In this document: positions 59,130-64,000 of the stretch, piece by piece | Position numbering within the stretch: position 1 is the first letter of the stretch | How the letters are laid out: each line of letters begins with the position of its first letter | Source of the DNA: Guillardia theta CCMP2712 | Taxonomy: Eukaryota > Protista > Cryptophyta | Assembly (NCBI RefSeq): GCF_000315625.1 | Contig: NW_005434637.1 | Location: 246,671-310,670 of the forward strand | Direction: 5' to 3' | DNA length: 64,000 nt | Notes under the pieces: model-generated | The model's database searches: none | Told to the model about the DNA's origin: nothing | Seen by the model: the letters and a program-made list of their open reading frames with translations, nothing else | Translations under genes and position numbers: made by a program

Positions 59130-61517
59130 TGCTCTTTCAACAAACTTTCTGCGGGCAGAACTTGCTCAATCCAGCTTCCTTCTACACAATGATCGGGCCC
59201 TGTAGAGAAAGGGAGATCAGAGTGGGAAGGGAGGGAGATTTCCAACACAGACCCGCGATAATCCCTATGATCGGCGACGAGATGTTTTGGGCAAACTCGA
59301 CTTGGGTCCGGCAGCACGGGCACAGCACAAGACCTGCAAGATCGGACAGACTTTAGCGCCGTTGACAGTCATCGACATGTCTGTACCATCATTCACGACG
59401 ATCACGACGGAAGCGCATCGAGCAATGTTGGACAGACACGATCGAAAGTCCATTATCCCAGTAGATCCTCCGAGGAAACTGCGAAAGCCCCAGGCAGCGA
59501 GCTTCTGGCTCACCTTCTCAGCTGTCGTCTTGCTGTCTTCGCTGCTGATTATCATGACCATGTTTTCCTTGGAGGAGGAGCGAACTTCAGACTTGGACCC
59601 GACGACTCTGTACAGCAACATGGCGACGTCATCTTGCAAGAAAGGAGAGTCTTGCTTGCTGCTTTGTGTCTTGTCGGGGACTGCAGACACGCCGTCGTGG
59701 TCGAAAGGTTGACATTCGAGCGCTTGAGACGCCCCGTCAACGCCGTAGAATCTGCCGCACAAGATGGTGCAAAGGCCAGCGGAGAGGATCTCGAGCGAGG
59801 CTTGTTGGTCATACGAGAGGTGAATCAAAGCATGAATGCCGTGCTGTGCTGCATGAGGTTGAGAATCGAGGCAGCTCGCCACCGCAAAGCAGCAAGTCTG
59901 CACGAAACCGCTAGAGCACAACTTGGGCACGATACTCAGGTTCGCCGACATCCTCTTCGCGCCCAGAAGAAGCTGCTCCATGTTCAAGGGCTTCCCTCCG
60001 AACGACTTCGACTTTGCTGCAGCTCGCAACATCCTAACGAACACCTTGCACCAAACTGAGTTCCTCTCGATCACTCTTGAAAGAAAGCTGTTCTTCCTGT
60101 GACTGCTCAACAATGCCATCAGAGTCAGCGCCTTGCCATGAGCAGACCATCTCTTATCGTCCACAGAGCTCGGTATCGAGTCACTGTCCTTGATTCGGAG
60201 GAAGTGATCTGAGACGCGCTCTGCGCAACCCGATTGAACGAGAGAATCCGCCGCCTCAATTCTGACCGACAGACTTGCAAGGATGTGCAGGGCAGTGAAA
60301 GAGATCTCAGAGCTCTTTGAGGAGCAAGCTGCTTCTGTGATGACTGGGGAGAACTGATCTATGGGCACCTCGTCCATCGCTCCAGGTGTCGAAACTATCG
60401 AAGTCAAAGTGTGAAGGGTTTCCATCATCAGCAGCCGAATCTCAGACGGATCATCTTGCACAGGTTGGAATTTCCCTGATCTGGATGAAGTGGTATCAGC
60501 AGGATGGGATCTCGTCATGCAGAACTTGATCAGCATCATCAATGCATTCAAGCCGTTTCTGCACAAAACAATTAAGCGTGCTTGCATGTCTTTGCCTGTG
60601 CCATGGCTGCCTTCAGTGACCCACAACTGGATGCTCTTGAGGCATATGGCAATATCCTTCAGCTCATCTCGTTGAATGCACAGCTCAAGTCTCTGCAGGA
60701 GACTTTGTACATCGCGAACCTGACTTTCCGAGCATACAGCAGGGGTCGAGGCCTCTCTGCTGGATTTCACATCTTCACTGGAGAGAGGCCTTGTCGCATG
60801 GTGTGACGGGGGAGTAGAATAGATCAGTCTCTCCCTCGGGGAACTGAAAGGTTCCTGCAGATGCACGGGGGAAAGGCGTACGGAGAAGGAGAAGCGTTGA
60901 TTGATATCATTGTTCGCCACATGTCTTTCCATCGAGGCTGGCGATCGTGATGTGAAAGTGAGATTCTTGTCAGAGGGATGATCGAAGTGCGCTTCACAAT
61001 CAGAGTTGCTTGAATTGAGAGATTTTCTCGGGCTAACCTTGTTTGGTTTTCTCTTGCCTTCCTTAGTCTTCTCGGTCTTGACGGAATCCAAAATCTGGTG
61101 CAAAGCGATTCTTTTTCTATCTCTCATCAGTTCCAACGAGAGGTCAAACGTTTTCTCCTTCCTGTTCTCTTCCATGGTTCCATACCCATGCCCTGCATGT
61201 GTTCCGTTTTGGGAAGCAAATCGATGAGCCAAAATCTGTTTGTAATCTTGATCAAACTCTGACTGGAACGTGTTTCGCTGTTTGGGAGCAGATCGCGAAC
61301 GGCCAGTGAGGCGCGGGGTATTGGGTCCGTGCCTCGTGTCGTTGAAATCCAAGGACACACGAGCTTTGCCCGGTTGACTTCGGCTCCTCCTGCGCTCTTG
61401 CTTCTCATCTTCATCTGCGCTGTAACATGCTAGGCTGCTGTTCATGTTCCGAGGGGATCGCTCGCTTTGATGCATAACGTCCCTTCCTCTCCGCATCATG
61501 CTCTCAGGACCGTCCAA
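59130..61517 (-). CDS. ARM-repeat protein with C-terminal TIR-like domain
   Basis: Disordered N-terminus, helical ARM-like repeats (ALHILASLS, HALIHLSY), then VMIISS...AEKVSQKLAAWGFRSF...IARCASVVIVVND|GLVLCPCCRTQVEFAQNISSPIIGII. Confidence 0.65.
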
Positions 61518-62437
61518 GCATCCGAACTATCAGAATGCCACACGTATGCTATGCTCGAATCCGTTCTCGTCGTTCTTTCGAATGATGTTTCGGATCCTTC
61601 TCCTTACCGACCCTCTTACTGTCTTCGAGTCGCTACCTTGCTCGTCATGGAGCATCTTCAGCCTCTTCCTCTCTCCTCTCCTCCTCCCTCCCTCTCCACC
61701 TGGCGGCATCTTGGTGGCCGTGCATCAGGATCGAATGGCACTGCTGGGGTGGTCTCCAGAGTGGATTAGTACGGGTGTAATTCTCTTCAAAACCACCCCC
61801 TCCCTGCAGTACCCACCCCTGAATGCAGGTTGCCTGAATACACCTCCATTCAGTTTTTTGTTTCAATTTGAAGTTTTTTTTTCTTGTAACCGTTATATGC
61901 TTGTTGCGGCAGTGTTGCGGCAGCGGGTGGAATCTTAATTCGGGTAACGGCCTCCATATGCACTTCATGGGGGTGGTGGGGTGGTGGGGCGGAGCATGTA
62001 CCCTTCATCTCTACTATAGAACGGGGTACTTTTCCCTAAAAGAATTGAGTGTCGATTGTCGGTAGGGTAGGGTATAAAGGTAATATGAGATTACCGAGCT
62101 GGGCTGGCAGCATGGTGGTCGGGGAGGATTGTAGCGGCGGAAGAGGAGGTGAAGGAAGAGGGAGAGGTGAAACGAGTTGAAGAGAGAAGGAAGGGAACAG
62201 GAACATCTCGGCAGCAAACAGCAGAAAGCTGAAGGCAGGTGTGATGATTTTGATTGGGCGGGGAGCGTTCACTCAATACAAATGCTAAAAATCCTGCTTT
62301 TCCGAGGTACAGATTCCAGATAACAGGACAACCCTCTCTGCTGTGACCCCGTCAGATTTTTTTAATTACGAGCAGCAGCATGACTTGATTGAGGCCCTGT
62401 GGATCGTCGTTACACCCGAAGCTCCAACGAGCTGCTG

Positions 62438-64000
62438 ATGCTCGTTAGAGCTATGATAGGTCACCTCAAGAAGATTTTCATCGCGGACCAGAGCTCCATC
62501 CACGACGTGGAAGAGGAAGAGAAGAGCTCAAACAAGGCAGTCCAAGGACCCTTCCACGGTCTTGAGGGTCCCAAGAGGTGGTGGATAGCCTACCTGTGCT
62601 GGCTCGTGGGGGGGTGGGCGGGGCTTCACCGCCTGTACCTCGGGGACTATGAAGGAGCTCAGTCCATGCTCTGCTCTCTCGGCCATTGCGGTGTGGGCTG
62701 GATCTATGACGGATTCAGGGTATCCTCCATGGTGCAAGAAGCGAACCAACGGGGTGCGGGGAGCACACGGTGCCGTGCGGTGCGGCCGCTGTCGTCGTCG
62801 ACGTCGGCGCAGCATTGCAGGAACAGGGTGAGCAACACCAAGTATGGGGAGACCGTCGGGGAGATGTGCATTAAGTTTATCCCCCTGAGCCTCTACGAGC
62901 AACTTGAGAGGCATACGAACCGATACTTCCTGTTCATCGCCATCCTGCAGCTGGACCCGCATCTGACCCCAACCCATCCAGCCACAACCTGGGGCCCTCT
63001 CGCCATCATCTTCATCTTCACGGCGATAAGGGAACTGGCGGATGACTGGCAGCGGTTCCTCGCCGACAGGTCCGCCAACAGCCGGCAGTATACGGTGATG
63101 AGTGCGGCAGGGAACGAAGCCAAGGGCAACATGGACTTCAAGAAGTTGGATGCAGAGATGATATCAGTCGGCGACCTTGTGGTGATCAGGCAGGATCAAG
63201 AGATCCCGTGCGATATCATGCTCTTAGGAACGTCGCACGCGGATGGATGCTGCTTCATCGAAACCTCCAACCTTGACGGGGAAGCTGACTTCAAACTGCG
63301 CAGAACCCCTCCTCTGTCTTCGACCCAATCGCTGAAGGAGATCAAGAGCCTCGTCTCAGAGATCGACTGTATCGAGGTGCCGTACGATGCTCAGCACGAG
63401 CTGAAGGGAATGCTATGGGTCCTCAAGAGCAAAGCGGAAATGGACCTTGACGTGATGGGAAGGAGCGAAGCTCGGCACGGGTATCCCATCGGGGAGACCC
63501 AAGCTCTGCTACAAGGATCGCAGTTGAAGAACACCGAATGGGTCTGTGGGATCGCCCTGTACACAGGGAACCAGACGAGGCTCGGACGATCCCGCCGTCC
63601 TCCAGCGTGTAAGCGATCCGAGCTCGACGGCGCCATCGACAGCATCTCTGCGGTCGTGTTTGTTGGGCAGGCGATCCTTGCAGCCATCCTTGGGGGGCTG
63701 GGTAACCAATGGATGAGCATGCACGGAGAGGGAGCATGGTATCTTAGATCAGCCGTGAGCTCGGAAGGGCTCAGCCTGTATGAGTCAGCGGTGATTCCCC
63801 TGAGATTTCTCCTGCTGATGTCTACCCTCATCCCGCTCTCAATCCAAGTCACCATGGACACTTGCAAATGGCTCTACTCCATGTGGATCGGATGGGACCT
63901 CGGCATGTCTCAGTGCGATCGGGTGGGTAAGCGAGACGCTGAACGAGGAGGAGGAGGAGGCGCGACGCTGCGGAACAGCGACATCGCGGAGAACCTTGGT
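62438..64000 (+). CDS. P4-ATPase (phospholipid flippase, ALA2-like) with N-terminal TM2 domain; partial, runs off the right edge
   Basis: Open frame to the window end (absent from the ORF track): NRVSNTKY...FIPLSLYEQL...NRYFLFIAILQL, VGDLV...IPCDIMLL, IETSNLDGE, LLQGSQLKNTEW..G..YTGNQTR, IPLSIQVT, RNSDIAENLG. Confidence 0.9.
   Translation, partial: MLVRAMIGHLKKIFIADQSSIHDVEEEEKSSNKAVQGPFHGLEGPKRWWIAYLCWLVGGWAGLHRLYLGDYEGAQSMLCSLGHCGVGWIYDGFRVSSMVQEANQRGAGSTRCRAVRPLSSSTSAQHCRNRVSNTKYGETVGEMCIKFIPLSLYEQLERHTNRYFLFIAILQLDPHLTPTHPATTWGPLAIIFIFTAIRELADDWQRFLADRSANSRQYTVMSAAGNEAKGNMDFKKLDAEMISVGDLVVIRQDQEIPCDIMLLGTSHADGCCFIETSNLDGEADFKLRRTPPLSSTQSLKEIKSLVSEIDCIEVPYDAQHELKGMLWVLKSKAEMDLDVMGRSEARHGYPIGETQALLQGSQLKNTEWVCGIALYTGNQTRLGRSRRPPACKRSELDGAIDSISAVVFVGQAILAAILGGLGNQWMSMHGEGAWYLRSAVSSEGLSLYESAVIPLRFLLLMSTLIPLSIQVTMDTCKWLYSMWIGWDLGMSQCDRVGKRDAERGGGGGATLRNSDIAENLG

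Noticed and set aside
62528-63867. Minus-strand ORFs at the right end
   Set aside because: Antisense to the open plus-strand P4-ATPase frame

Overview
Eukaryotic nuclear DNA, gene-dense, with many short (about 45-55 nt) GT-AG introns, GAG/CTC-type microsatellites and a bipartite 'SAFAP' plastid-targeting presequence. This fits a cryptophyte alga such as Guillardia theta (inference; not database-checked). About 25 genes were reconstructed by manual splicing. They include a secreted LysM protein, a single-domain voltage-gated cation channel with a PH-like N-terminus, a TPR protein, an LCM-type methyltransferase, a HECT E3 ligase, PCF11, an OGT/SPY-like GT41 protein, CC2D2A/MKS6, MED11, a PA + PNGase F-like membrane protein, PDZ proteins, a CCDC177-like protein, WD40, RCC1, a small thylakoid-type protein, a C2H2 protein, an ARM-TIR protein and a P4-ATPase cut by the window edge. 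The most notable candidates, both poorly visible in the ORF track, are (1) a STIM-like protein with signal peptide, two tandem EF-hand-pair+SAM modules, a TM helix and possibly a cytosolic tail ending in an AN1-like zinc finger, and (2) an in-frame TM2-domain/P4-ATPase fusion. There are also apparent pseudo-enzymes (OGT-like lacking the catalytic Lys, TIR with Glu->Gln) and a recurring family of GC-rich intergenic islands carrying a TAACTTTGAGTAA motif. Exon boundaries are hand-derived and approximate.
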